A stretch of DNA of 64,000 bases from Hemiscyllium ocellatum (lineage: Eukaryota): positions 12,152,001 to 12,216,000 of the forward strand of contig NC_083426.1 in NCBI RefSeq assembly GCF_020745735.1, read 5' to 3'. The translations under genes were made by a program, and so were the position numbers. Positions 39,638 to 52,663 of this stretch are shown here, in pieces. Positions within the stretch are counted from its first letter, which is position 1. Each line of letters opens with the position of its first letter. The notes under the pieces are model-generated. The model saw only the letters and a program-made list of their open reading frames with translations, was not told the origin of the DNA and made no database searches.

Positions 39638-39940
39638 AAGTTAAAAATCACACAACATCAGGTTATAGTCCAACAGGTTTAATTGGAAGCACACTAGCTT
39701 TCGGAGCATCGGTCCTATATCAGGTGATTGTGGAGGACACAATTCTAAGGCACAGAATTTATAGCAAAAATTTACAATATGATGTAAAATTTATATCACA
39801 CTGTAAATTTTTGCTATAAATTTGGTGCCTTAGAATTGTGTCCTCCACAATCACATGATGAAGGAGCAATGCTCCGAAAGCTAGTGTGCTTCCAATAAAT
39901 CCTGTTGGACTTTAACCTGGTGTTATAGGATTTTTAACTG
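39638..39940. mobile_element. Penelope-like terminal inverted pair (hairpin)
   Basis: Arms of about 150 bp in inverted orientation; both hammerhead cores are mutated. Confidence 0.75.
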
Positions 39941-41232
39941 GAATATCTTGGGTAGATTTGACACCACCAATCCATCATGCTGGCATTAATCTGAGCCACT
40001 GATACCATGTGGGGAAGGATGCCCTCAATCGTTCCTGGCAGAAGACAAACTCAATCTTGATGAACTGTAAGTAGGGTTGGTCCATGATATTTAATTGCAG
40101 TTGGATTAAATCTAAGATACAGGATTATCTCTTGTGAAACATCTTTAGTTGCATGTTGTATATAGCTTAGGGTTGGACTTTCTGGAGTTCAGAAAAGCAT
40201 AGGAAGTTGAGACGTGACCTGATAGAAGTTCATAAAATACTGAGAGATATAGATAGAGTTGATGGTAGTTGTCTTTTCCCTGAGATGGAGAATTTCAAGA
40301 CTCAGGGGCACATTTTTAAGATGAGAGGAGAGAAATTTTGAAAGCATATCAGAGGCAAATTACTGACACTCAGACACTGGTGACCTGACAGCAGAGGGGT
40401 TTCATCCCCATTGGGATATTAACTCCCAAATGTTTCCAAGTGTTCTCCAGGAGTTTACCCAATGTATTGTTTCTGTTTCCCAGACAGAGCATTGTGATGG
40501 TCCTTGTTGGTTCAGTCTCTGGGTAATGACTTCAATGACTTTCCTTCCATATTAAGGGTTAAGGTGGGGGCACTGCCTTCAGCATTGTGGCTGGGGATGA
40601 GCACGGTTGATGAAGGGCGTCAGCCCCTTTGATCTTCTCAAAGGTGAAACCCAGCATGGTTCATCAGACTCACTCATCATCAACTACGCCCTGGTGAATA
40701 CAAAGCTCCATGTCAGTCGGTTCACCAGAGAGATCCTCACCTTGGAACAGAAGCTCACTCCCAGTTACTCAATCACAGTTCACTTCCCCCTTAATTTTCT
40801 CAGTTTTTGAGTTCCTTTCTCTGCCTGAAATTGACCTTATGTCTTGTTTATTTGGATCTTGTCCTTCAACTGCATGTCTAGAAGTTTAGATTGTGACAGA
40901 ATAATTACTCAGCAATAACAAGAGTCATATTATGTTAAAAAAAGCAAAATTATTAGCAGCAGTTTAATGTTAATTGCAGAACAAATTTTCATAAAGCAAA
41001 ACTCTTTGTGTCATGAACAGTTGATATTTTTTAACAAAGGAGAATGAGCCATTTGTCATTTACCTGAAAATTCAATTTACTTTGGTCACCATTATCAAGA
41101 ACATTTGACTTTTTAACTATCTTGATTTCATAACCTCCTATTCTTGGGCTAGGAATTAATTTAATTCTGCTGTTAAAACATAACTGACAGGAGAGTAATT
41201 TCTTCGGTGTCAGATTTTATCATCTAGTTTAC

Positions 41233-41270
41233 TGTGGTTTTATAAGCTGTCTTCCTCTATCCTCTTCCTC
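41233..41270 (+). promoter_or_regulatory. Candidate myeloid-type proximal promoter of receptor A (RUNX plus two ETS cores)
   Basis: TGTGGTT at 41233 and two CTTCCT motifs about 80-115 nt upstream of the ATG. The ETS pair is conserved in paralog B (52664-52684). Confidence 0.4.
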
Positions 41271-41348
41271 ATTTACATTCTTGTAAACATTGTGTTACAT
41301 ACTTTGTTGTGAGAAAGAAAAGCTGGAGGACGAACATCAGGAACTGAA

Positions 41349-41406
41349 ATGATCTTTGCAAATATAATGTTGTGGGCTTCAATTCTCCTCATCTATTCCA
41401 TTCCCG
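41349..41406 (+). CDS. Leader (signal peptide) exon of CD300/pIgR-like receptor A
   Basis: ATG at 41349 (second in-frame ATG at 41367) encodes MIFANIMLWASILLIYSIP, then a phase-1 donor G|gtgagt. Paralogous to 52788-52824, and the phase matches the V exon at 47206. Confidence 0.85.
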
Positions 41407-42279
41407 GTGAGTGACCATCTTAGTTGCTTATTCACATTTTCAATGTTTGTTTATGTCCACTATCTGGTTTATACAGCAGAGATATTTAAATCTTTGGAGA
41501 TATGTAATGGCACAAAGGAGGATCTTATGACATAGTGGGGAACATCATTGTTGCTGTGACAGATGCCATGAGTCGATTCTCCCTCCAGCACATTTTGCAA
41601 AGGAATGTGGATGCTAACAGAGCCAAACAGGTTCATGATCAACCTGCATTTCCTTCCATCATGGCCATGACAGGGAGCAGGAGTGGGTGTGATTCCAGGC
41701 CAGCATTGTCCAATGCAGAGTGTGACAATGCTGTCACTTTAAAGCGTTATTTATCCTGTTTTTCTTTAGGAGAGATTGTGAGGCAGAGGTACGGAGCTGT
41801 CTCTAAGAACGTAAACAATTTGACAGGGCTTAGTTTGTTTTTAAAGTTGGAACAATGGAAGTAGACTGAGTCACAGACCAGGCTTTCTAGGTTTTTTTGT
41901 AGATTTTAGGTTTTATTTTAAGCAGAAGCCAGTGGGATCTCAAAAGATTTGAGAGCTTCAGTGAATGTCTCCTGGCTGCTACACTCTGAATTTTCTCTTG
42001 ATATTTTTTCCTCCTGGACTGGAGAACTGCATGTGAGAATCTGGGTTTGAATTTTACCTTCTGCCAAGGCGTGTGTTTATGGAATGTTACTATATTGGAA
42101 CAGTTCATTAGTAATAGGTTCTGTACCTATTATTCAATCAAGCTTTCTAATAGTTAGGTTAATCTAGTTCCTGCTTCTTTCTTTTGCATTTTAACTATAA
42201 CATTTAAATAAATTATGTTTTGTTTAATGTCGAGTAGTTTGTTCAGTCGCATCACATCTGGAGCATGGCGCCTCACAAA

Positions 42280-43860
42280 GGACTGATTAGGGATAGTCAT
42301 CATGGCTTTGTGTGTAGGAAATCATGTCTCACAAACTTGATTGAGGTTTTTGAAGAAGTAATAAAGAGGATTGATGAGGGTAGAGCAGTGGACATGATCT
42401 ATATGGACTTCAGTAAGTGGTTCAACAAGGTTCCCCATAGGATACTAGCTAGCAAGGTTGGATCTCATGGAATACAGGGGCAACTAGCCATTTGGATAGA
42501 CAACTGGCTGAAAAGTAGAAGACAGAGAGTGATGGTGAGAGTTGTTTTTCAGACTGGAGGCCTGTGACCAGTGGAGTGCCACAAGGATCGATGCTGGGTC
42601 CATTACTTTTCGTCATTTATGTAAAAGATTTGGATGTGTGCAAAAGAGGTACAGTTATTGAGTTTGTAGATGATGCCAAAATTAGAGGTGTAGTGGACAG
42701 CGAAGAAGGTTTCCTCAGATTACAATAGGATCTGGATCAGATGGGCTAATGGGCTGAGAAGTGGCAAGTGGAGTTTAATTTAGATAAATGTGAGGTGCCG
42801 CACTTTGGGAAAGCAAATCTTAGCAGGACTTATACACTCAATGGTAAGGTCCTAGGGAGTATTGCTGAACAAAGAGACCTTGGAGTGCAGGTTCAATGCT
42901 CCTTGAAAGTGGAGTTGCAGGTAGATAGGATAGTGAAGAAGGCGTTTGCTATGCTTTCCTTTATTGGTCAGAATATTGAGTACAGGAGTTGTGAGGTCAT
43001 GTTGCGGCCGTACAGGACATTGGTTAGGCCACTGTTGGAATATTGCGTGCATTTCTGGTCTCCTTCCTATCGGAAGGATATTGTGAAACTTGAAAGGGTT
43101 CATAAAGATTGACAAGGATGTTGCCAGGGCTGGAGGATTTGAGCTACAGGGAGAGGCTGAACAGACTGGAGCTGTTTTCCCTGCAGCATCGGAGGCTGAG
43201 GGGTGACCTTATAGAGATTTACAAAATCATGAGGGGCATGGACAGGATAAATAGAGAAAATCTTTTCCCTGGGGTGCAGAACTAGAGGGCATAGGTTTAG
43301 GTGAGAAGGGAAAGATATTAAAGAGACCTAAGGGGCAATTTTTTCACGGAGAAGGTGGTACGTGTATGGAATGAGCTGCCAGAGGATGTGGTGGAGGCTG
43401 GTACAATTGCAACATTTAAAAGGCATCTGGATGAGGATATGAATAGGAAGGGTTTGGAGGGATAGGGGCTGGGTTTTGGCAGATGGCACAGCGGCTCAGT
43501 GGTTAGCACTGCGGCCTCATAGCACCAGGGTGCCAGGTTTGATTCCAGCCTTGGGCGACTGTGTGGAGTTTGCACATTCTCTTTGTGGGTGTGCTCCGGT
43601 TTCCTCCCACACTCCAAAGATGTGCAGGTCAGATGAATTGGCCATTCTAAATTGCCCATAGTGTTATGTGCGTTAGTCAGAGGGAAATGGGTCTGGGTCG
43701 GTTACTCTTCAGAGGGTCGGTGTGGACTGGTTGGGCCGAAGGGCCTATTTCCACACAGTAGGGAATCAAATCTAATTTAAATTGGTTTGGGATATCTGGT
43801 TGGTATGGATGAGTTGGACCGAAGTGACTGTTTCCATGCTGTACGTTTCTATGACTCTAT
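42280..43860 (+). mobile_element. CR1/HER1 RT and 3' end
   Basis: SHHGFVCRKSCLTNLIEVFEEV; YMDFSK; LVRPLLEYCVHFWSP. Confidence 0.88.
43482..43780 (+). mobile_element. HE1-type SINE in a CR1 tail
   Basis: Head, core and tail. Confidence 0.88.
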
Positions 43861-44689
43861 CTACCTTTAAAATATGAAAAAGTTAACATTTTGGCTAGAT
43901 TCTTAAAATATTTTGAGGGATTCTGGTGTAGTCTGTAACATGGATGGCAGCCCTTATATTACAACAATTAGCTTTGAGCTAGTGACCTATTTCCTGGAGA
44001 ACAAGCTGCAGAAAACCGACACAGAATGTACTTTGTCTGCTCCATATATCTCTAAATACGGAAATCTTCGAAATTTTAAGGAACGAATGGAAAATTACAT
44101 GAATAATACCAGGAAATATTGCACATTCTTTTGAAAATATTATCATAAAATGGAATATAGTTACCAAGTAGAGTCTAGATTAGAGTGGTGCTGGAAAAGC
44201 ACAGCAGGTCAGGCAGCACCCGAGGAGGAGGAAAATCGACGTTTCGGGCAAAAGCCCTTCAACAGGAATAGAACATCTATTCCTCTGGTTTCCAACATCT
44301 GCAGTCCTTGTTTTTACCTTTATATAGTTGCCAAGTAGTTTAGAGCAGCGTTATTAATTAAGGATGAAATGAGAATGACAATATGATTTTTTAAAAGTGA
44401 CACAAGCAGCAGCATCAAAACAAGAGTCCATTTTCATCAGTCCAAAGTTTTTAATGTAGTCAGCTGCTCAATATACACTGAAAACCAGAACGACAATAAG
44501 CCTTCAAACAAAATATCATGATTTTGTAATTATTTATTTTATTTTCAAAATGCCATTCATTAAATATTATTTAATGAAGTTCGATAACAAAAGTAGAAGG
44601 TTGGTTTATTTTCTGTTTCCATTTCTGGAGATAAGTGGTCATCAATATCCACTACAAACCCACAGTTATATATCTGTATATCCTGACTC

Positions 44690-45835
44690 CCTGCTTCCTG
44701 AAAAGACACTGTTCCCTTCTCCCAGTTCCTCTGTCTCCATCGAATGTCAACCTCCAGAAGGATTCCTCCCAGATATCCACTCAACTGAGGATTCCCCACC
44801 AACTGTGATTGACAGGGCCCTCAGCTGTGTCTGTCCCATCTCCCACACTCCAACCCTCAACCCCTCTCTTCTGTTCCACAACAGTGACAGAGTCCCCTTC
44901 ATCCTCAGCTACCATCCCACCAGCATCCACATTCAGAGGATCATTAGCCTCCATTTACATCACCTTCAGCAGGATGCCGCTACTGACTCATATTCACCTC
45001 CTCACCCTGTCACCCTTCTGGAGCAGCCATTCCCTCCAAGACACTCTGGTCTACCTCTCCTTCACTCCCAACAAATTCCCATACACCCACGGCACCTTCC
45101 CATGTAATCAAAGAAGGTGTAGCACTGAACAGTTTGCTTCCTCCCCCTCTCAGTATCCAAGGCCCCAGACACACCTTCCAGGTGAAGCAGCACTTTACCT
45201 GCACTTCACTCAACTTAGTCTGCTGCATTCGCTGCTCTCGAAGTGCAGACTGGGCGACTGCTTTGCAGAACACCTCCATTTTGTCTGCAAAGATGACCCG
45301 AAGCTTCCTGTTGTCTGCCATTTCAATACACAACCAGCATCTCGGTCTCGTACTTTCGACAGTACTCCTGCGAAGCGAAGCTCAAGCTGAAAGAACAACA
45401 CCTCATTTTCACCTCTTCAGGAATCAGTATCGAGTTCAGTAATTTTAGGGCCTTAGTCCCTTCCCCCAACCCCCACACTCCAGGCCTTGTTATCACATGG
45501 GCTGCTACATCACAACCCATTGTCAGCCATTAACAATCCCTATTAGCGGTTATTGATTCTCCTAGGCTGACCTTTATCCAATGCTCTGTCTGCCCAATTG
45601 TTTTAATGTCTTCCTTCTGGACTCCATCTCCACATAGTGTTCAGCAATGCCCCCCTCCCTCCAACCTATTCTAGACCATATGTATTACCCTTTTCTTTGC
45701 TCCTATCAGTTCTGAAGAAGGGTGACTGGACCTGAAATGTTAACTCTGATTTATCTCCACACTTGCTGCCTGACCTGCTATGTTTTTCCAGCAATCACTG
45801 ATTTTGTTTCAGCTTTCCAGCATCCACAGTTATAG
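44690..45835 (+). mobile_element. Penelope-like element 3' fragment (RT C-terminus, GIY-YIG remnant, hammerhead, tail)
   Basis: DRVPFILSYHP; TFQVKQHFTCTSLNLVCCIRC; CRLGDCFAEHL. Confidence 0.8.
45708..45744 (+). ncRNA. CpG-decayed hammerhead motif at the 3' end of a Penelope fragment
   Basis: AGUU CUGAAGA A GGGU-gacugg-ACCU GAAA UG UU AACU, downstream of the GIY-YIG-like remnant. Confidence 0.5.
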
Positions 45836-47205
45836 AATCATAGAGTCATACAGCACAGAAACAGACCCTTTGGTCTAACTAGTCCATGCCAATCATGTTT
45901 CCAAACTAAACTAATCCAACCTGCCTGAACCTGGCCCATAACCCTCCAAATATATTCTATTCATGCACTTATTTAAATGTCTTTTAAATGTTATAACTGT
46001 ACCTGTATCCAACATTTTGTCTGAAAGTTCATTCCAAGCATGAGTTACTCACTGTGTAAAAAAAATTGCCTTTCATGTCTTTTTAGAATCTTTCTCCTAT
46101 CGCCTTAAAATTATGCTCCTCGTCTTGAATACTCCATCCATAGAAAAGGACAGTTTCTCATAGAATCCTGACAGTGTGGAAACAGGCTATTTGGCGCAGT
46201 AAGTCCACAACAACCCTTCGAAGAGTATCCCACCCAGACCCATTTCCCTACCCTATTACGCCACATTTCCCTTGACTAATGCCCCTAACCTGCACATCTC
46301 AGAACACAATGGGGCAATTTACCATGCATAATCTACTTACCTAGCACATCATTGCACACTTACACTTAAATTCCTCTCTGCTATTTTATTCAAGAATTAT
46401 TCTCCCAACAAGACCATTGGTCTGGTATTTATTGAAATAAAGTCTACCTGGTCATCAACAGGCTGCTCCTCCTCTACACTGGGACACAGTGTGGCAGCAA
46501 TTTAAGCATTTTCTCAGGAACCATCTCACTGGAACAATCAGTAAATTACTTCTGTTATTTTACTCTCCTTAACCTGACAACAATGTGTGATCACAAATAA
46601 TCCTGCCTTTACTGCCCTCAAGGTCCTGCACATTGAGCTCTCCCTCCCATCGTGAACCATCCCTTGCTGAACTTCAGTTCTCTTCTTTCCCACTTAAGGT
46701 CTCTCATCAACTTCCTGGGTCACGTGTTGTATTTGCCTCTTGAGCACTGAAAATGTAGCCGCTGAGCACATCATGAGTCTCCACACAATCCCCCCCACCC
46801 CCCCCACCCCCGCATGAAACCCTCCTTCTCCGGTCGGAGTAAGGACCCTTCAGCAACTGTGCCCTCCTTCACACTGATCCCCAGCCAGCTCCAACCCAGG
46901 CCTGTCGCTCAGGCTGCTCTCCGGGGGACAACATTTCGATGATGTCACACACAGTAGAGTTAGAGCCCACAGTGGGCAGCACAAGCCCAATTTCAAGATT
47001 GTCCCGAAGCTCGAACAGTGGAGTAAGAAAATATCCCGATTGTTTCAATCATTCCCTGGGAATCTGGCACATCCTGAGGCTCTGATAAGGGTTTATATTA
47101 CTGATTACCTTTATCACATACTGGATGGAACATAGCTGATTAAAATATATCTGTTTGTATTAGGCTGTTCTTTCCAGTTAAATTTTTGAAATATTGTCTC
47201 CTCAG

Positions 47206-47520
47206 TTTCAGGTGCTTTATGGGCAGAAGAAAATGTAACGGGAATTTTGGGAAGAGCGATCACAATATCTTGTCACTACGAAGCACGGTGGTACCAGTCA
47301 CACATGAAATATTGGTGTCATGGATGGACTCGTCTGTGTCAGGTTATAGCAATGACAAATTGGCCAAATGGGAGAATATCAATCACTGACAACAAAACAC
47401 AAGGAATATTTCTTGTTACAATGAAGAATCTTCAATGGAGGGATGCAGGATGGTACAGCTGTGGGATGGAGATTCCTGGTCTTGACCCAATGTTTAATGC
47501 AAAGCTGCACATCTCTGATG
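47206..47520 (+). CDS. V-type Ig exon, receptor A (CD300/CMRF35/pIgR-like)
   Basis: Acceptor tctcctcag|, donor G|gtaaat, 315 nt, phase 1-1. Encodes ITISCHY..MKYWCHGWTRLC..GRISITDNKTQGIFLVTMKNLQWRDAGWYSCG. The extra WC..C cysteine pair and DAGWYxC are hallmarks of CD300/pIgR/TREM-type V domains. Confidence 0.93.
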
Positions 47521-47562
47521 GTAAATGTCTCAGTGATTTTTTAAACATTACTTTCCACTATA

Positions 47563-47871
47563 TGGGCGGCACGGTGGCACAGTAGTTAGCACTGTTGCCT
47601 CACAGTGCCAGAGACCCAGGTTCAGTTCCTGCCTCAGGAGACTGACTGTGTGGAGTTTGCACATTCTCCCCGTGTCTGCGTGGGTTTCCTCCGGGTGCTC
47701 CGGTTTCATCCCACAGCCCAAAGATGTGCAGGTTAGGTGAATTGGCCATGCTACATTGCCTGTAGTGTTAGGTGTAGGGGAATGTGTCTGGGTGGGTTAC
47801 GCTTCGGCGGGTCGGTGTGGACTTGTTGGGTAGAAGGGCCTGTTTCCACACTGTAAGTAATCTAATCTAAT
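47563..47871 (+). mobile_element. HE1-type SINE in the V-C2 intron of receptor A only
   Basis: Flanked by the direct repeat actatat; absent from the 133-nt intron of receptor B. Confidence 0.9.
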
Positions 47872-47979
47872 GACTATATGTCTGTTCATTGTTTAATCCT
47901 GGAAGAAAGATTATCAAGTGTTGGGAGCATTTGATTTTTGATGCAATTCAATTTCTCAATAATTGTTTCTTTCCCACAG

Positions 47980-48303
47980 AAGCCGTCTCGGTTCCTGGGC
48001 TTCGATTTTTATCCCAACCAAATGTCTCATGTTCTGGGGGTTCAGTGACAGTCTCCTGTGAGTCTGCCCGAGGATCTCTCCCCATTCACTACACATGGTC
48101 TGAGAAGACGCCATCACAAGATTCAAAGATCTCTGACACCAATAAACTGGATCTACATTGTCAATCCTTCACACAGCAACATCATCAATATTACTGCACA
48201 GCCTCACATACTCAGGGAACAAAACCCAGTGAAATGGTTCATGTCTCAGTTACCAATGTAGCAGAGAAGGGTTGTAGTTACATGATAACAATCAGCAGCA
48301 TAG
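47980..48303 (+). CDS. C2-type Ig exon, receptor A
   Basis: Acceptor tttcccacag|, donor G|gtaaga, 324 nt, phase 1-1. Encodes GSVTVSCESARGSLPIHYTW..QYYCTAS, with the B-strand Cys, Trp and YYC of an Ig C2/I-set fold. Confidence 0.9.
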
Positions 48304-48560
48304 GTAAGATTTATACAAACACTGAGTCCTGCAGGTACTTTTAATGACTATTCAAACTACTCATGGGTCAAGCTTCTTACATACTTACAAATAACTGCAC
48401 CTTATCACATTATGTCTCTTTAATATTTAAACAATTTTGAAAATGGACAAAATTGTAATAACGCGCAAGATAATGCATAAATTATGCACTCCTGTTTTGT
48501 GTTACATCTCACAGCATGTGTGTGTTATACCTTTAATAGATAAAGTCATCAGAGCTAAAA

Positions 48561-48792
48561 ATATGTTGCTGGTTAAAGCGCAGCAGGTCAGGCAGCATCC
48601 AAGGAACAGGAAATTCGACGTTTCGGGCACAAGCCCTTCATCAGGAATAAGGAAAGTGTGTCCAGCAGACTAAGATATCTTAGTCTGCTGGACACACTTT
48701 CCTCATTCGTGATGAAGGGCTTGTGCCCGAAACGTCGAATTTCCTGTTCCTTGGATGCTGCCTGACCTGCTGCGCTTTAACCAGCAACATAT
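48561..48792. repeat. 232-bp spacerless palindrome of Penelope-like terminal sequence
   Basis: 116-bp arms centred on GAT|ATC (48676/48677), with two mismatches. Confidence 0.92.
48613..48648 (-). ncRNA. Minimal hammerhead ribozyme motif in the left arm of the palindrome
   Basis: AUUC CUGAUGA A GGGC-uugu-GCCC GAAA CG UC GAAU. Confidence 0.7.
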
Positions 48793-50889
48793 CTCTGTGT
48801 GGCACCATCCCATGCCAATGTCATTCTGACAATGCTGTTTGAGGTAGAACAGCATAGAATTAAACCTGTGTTGCTGTCCTAAAGATTTCACCCATTCACT
48901 TTTTTTTTGGATATGTATAGCTCCCAAGCATGCATTAATAAATATTTAATAAAGAAACCTGAATCTGGCCTGGACTAAACAGGAAATAGAACATACAATC
49001 ACTCTTTTGGGGTCTCTCACAAAACATAGGAAGCACCAGAGGAGGTGGAGTTATTCCAGGTCACTGTCACTTTGACCTCCACATGGGGAGGATTAGGGCC
49101 AATAAGGGCTTTGTAATTCTCAAAGACATGGGCTCTATTTGAAATTAGGGACATAATGGCCATAGGGAGAGAATGAACAGAAATGGTGAGATGGCAAAAG
49201 GTCATCGGATCCACAGGGACAGCAACAATTCAGGGAGGAAGAAGGATCATCCTGCACCACAGGTAGAGTCTGTTGTTAATTCACAGAGATACCCCACTCC
49301 TGGTGTCTGCAGGATATGGAGCACCTCATCAAAGCCACTAATAGTTCTGAAGAACAGTCAACGGACCCAATACAGAGACTACTTTCTCACCACAGACACT
49401 GCCAGACCTGCTGTGTTTCTCCAGCAATTTCTGTTTTTGTCACAAAAACACTCAGTTAACGCTTCACCAATCCTGACCCAGTCGCTGTGCAGTAACTGTG
49501 TAAAATGACAGACACCCAATTGCAGAGTGGGAATGGAGTCATTTATTCATATTTTGGGAGGGACAGTGGAAGGTGGCTTGCAGTAAAACTCTATGATTTT
49601 GAAACCTAGTCGGGGCAATTGCACCCATGCATCCACTGATTCAGTCCCACCACTGGCATCAACTTACACTTCAACTACATTGTCCAGAAATAAACATTAC
49701 AGGTGATGGCCTCAAGCAATCATTGACTATAACATTGTTCACCCTCAGCATCTTGTTAACAAGGTCAATGTAATCAGACAAGATAATTTCAAAGTGCCTC
49801 TTGGGTTTGGTATTTCTGTAATGCACTGCATAGCAATCATTGGAAGACAGCAATTCTCAGCTGCTACATTCACACACTGAATTGTGAGTTCATGACAAGA
49901 TACAGCCAGTTCTTCCATAATGTGATGGTTGCAATTCTGCATTATAGAAAAATTATGCTTTTGAAATAGCACTCTAAGTGTTGGCTGTTTAAAAGTTTTA
50001 GAAGCTCCTGCTTTAGAAACAGCATCCCCAATGCATCAATCATATAACAGGGAATTTGTGTTGACCAAGCGCACATTCTAACAGAATGATCTGTAGTCTG
50101 CATTGTGTAAAGGTGCCTTTTCTTCAGGAAGGAGGAGTCTATAATAGTGACTTACTGTCAGAATTCTACAACCCCCAATGGAGCCCGAAATCTTGGCTGT
50201 ACAGATGACATTTGGATGAAGATTCACACCTCAGACATCCGAATGGAGTTATGACATGGACAATATTTGCCTTGAATTTTCTGCCAGTGCCTACATTTCA
50301 ATGAGTGACTGAGCAGCTGTGTGGTATCTCCCACTCTCAGACACACAAATGCAGTCAAGCTGTGTCTGCTGCCATTTTCCCCAGATGACAGCTATTCATA
50401 TCTGTCCCCGAGCTGTGGCAGGGAGAGACACTCAGTCCAGGAACGAGAATGTCCCACCATCACTGGTTCACCCCAGGTGCAGGATTGCAGAAGCTGCACT
50501 CACATTGCTTTCAGAATGTCCCCATCACCAACTTACAGAGTTTAGGAACAGGAAAGGATTTCCACTCCAACAATGCTCAAACTGTATGTGACCATCAATG
50601 CCAGATTTTGGAGGTATGTCTTCGATATACTGGGATGTCCCACAATACTGAGATATTAAAAAGGTCACTGGGTCCTGCTCCGTCCCGCGGGTCTCAGACA
50701 TACAGGGATAGCTGTTGGGAGACAAGGAGTATCCTCTCAAAACTTGGCCAATGGCATCTCTATGAAACCCATCGACTGATGAACACCAATGACTACAGTG
50801 ATGGAGTGCAGCTGCGTGCTCATACTCAGCAGACACTGAGTGTGCTAGACCTGGACATCGTGGGAAATTAGGGGGACATTGAGGGACCA

Positions 50890-52335
50890 CTTGCAGAAAT
50901 ATTTGTATCATTATAAAAACTGTTGAGGTATTGAATGACTGGAACATATTGAATGTTGTGCTTTTGTTTAAGGAGGGATGTAAGGAGTAGCTGGGAAGTA
51001 GATACCTGAGTGCAATTTCGGTGGGAGGTAAGTTGTTGGAGGTGATTCTGCAAGGTAAGATTCATAAAGCATTTGGTGAAGCAAGGAATGATCAGGATAG
51101 TCAACATAGTTTAGTGTGAGAGAAATCCTGTCTCACAAACTTGATTGTGTATTTTAATGAAGTTACCAAGAAGATTGATCAGGACAGAGTGGTGGATGTT
51201 GTTTACTTGGATTTTAGTAAAGCCTTCAACAAAGTTCTGCATGGCAGCTTAATTATGAAAGGTAGATCACATGGATTTAGGGTGAGCTTGCCAATTGGAT
51301 CCAAAATTGGCTTAACGGGAGGAGACAGAGAGTGATTGGTGGAGAGTTGTTTTTCAGACTGGAGGCCTATGACACGTGGTGTTCCACAGAGATCAGTGCG
51401 GAGTCCACATTTATTGGTCATTTATATAAAAGCTTTAGATATGAATATGGGAGGCAGGGTTAGTACATTTGTGGATGACACCAAGATTGGTGGTATAGTG
51501 GACTGTAAGAAATTATTTAAGGTTACAAAGATAGCTTGCACAATTGGGTCAATGGTGTGAAGAGTGGGAGATGGAGTTTAGTTTGGATAAATGTGAAGTA
51601 TAGGATTTTGGTAAAACAAAAAAAGACAAAAGTTACACAACTGAAAGTAGGCTTTGGGCAGTGTTGTAGAACAGAGAGACCTAGGGATTCTGGTTAATAA
51701 TTAATTGGAGTTGGCATCACATGTTGTTAGGGCGGTTAAGAAAGCATTTAGCTTGCTTGCTTTATTGCTCAGACTTTATTGGAGGATAGGATTTGGGACT
51801 TTTTTTGCATTTGAACCGAACATTGGTGAGATCTCTTCGGGAGGATTTATCCAGTTCTGGTCTCCATATAAAAGGACGAATATTGTTAAGCTGGTGAGGA
51901 TTCAGAAGAGATTTACCAAGAGTTGCTGGGAATGGAGGGGTTGAATTACAAGGAGAGGCTGGATAGGCTGGGACTTTTTTCCATGGAGCATAGGAGGTTG
52001 AGAGCAGACCTTTTTGAGCTTTATAAAATAATGAGGTTTACAGAAGAAGTGAATGGTGGGGGTCCTTTCCCTGGAGGAGGGATTTCAAGATGAAGGGCCA
52101 TATTTCTAAGCTGAAAGGAGAATGTTTGAAAAATTCTTCACAGAGAGTGGTGCACGTGGGGAATGAACCTCCAGAGGAAGTGGTGGATGTGGGTACAGTT
52201 ACAACATTTAAAAGGCATTTAGATAAGTATAAATAAATGATAGAAGGCTTTGGGGTCAGTGCAAGCAGATGGGACCCATTTAATTTGACGTTATGGGTAT
52301 GGACGAGTTGGACCGAAGGGTCTTTTTCCATATTG
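50890..52335 (+). mobile_element. CR1 RT and 3' end, decayed
   Basis: VDVVYLDFSKAFNKV; FVDDTKIGG. Confidence 0.85.
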
Positions 52336-52663
52336 TGTAATGCCATGACTCCATGACAACGTATTAATAAAAACTCTATTGTTAGTTGCAGGAATAATTT
52401 TCATAGAAGAGAACTATTTTTGTGAAAATCTATGTCAAAAATTTCTAACGTGGAAGAATGAACCATTTCTAGTGCAGCTGAGATTTCAAGCTGAATAATG
52501 AGCTTGGGTCACCATTACCCACAGCATCTGACTCTTGAACTGTCTTGATTTCAGAATTTTCTATTCATTCAATGAAAAGTAATTTATTTCTTCTGTTAAA
52601 CATCACTGACAAGAGACTTCAGGGTCAGTTTCAACATCTGGCTCACTGTAGTTTCAGAAACTG

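Larger units (their letters stand above)
35959..39827 (+). repeat. Tandem duplication of about 1.93 kb (35959-37884 and 37885-39827)
   Basis: Co-linear, high-identity copies; a 21-nt deletion in copy 1 near 36508. Confidence 0.93.

Noticed and set aside
49017-49340. Minus-strand env-like or Ig-like fragment (PPHVEVKVTVTW)
   Set aside because: Too short, no diagnostic motif.
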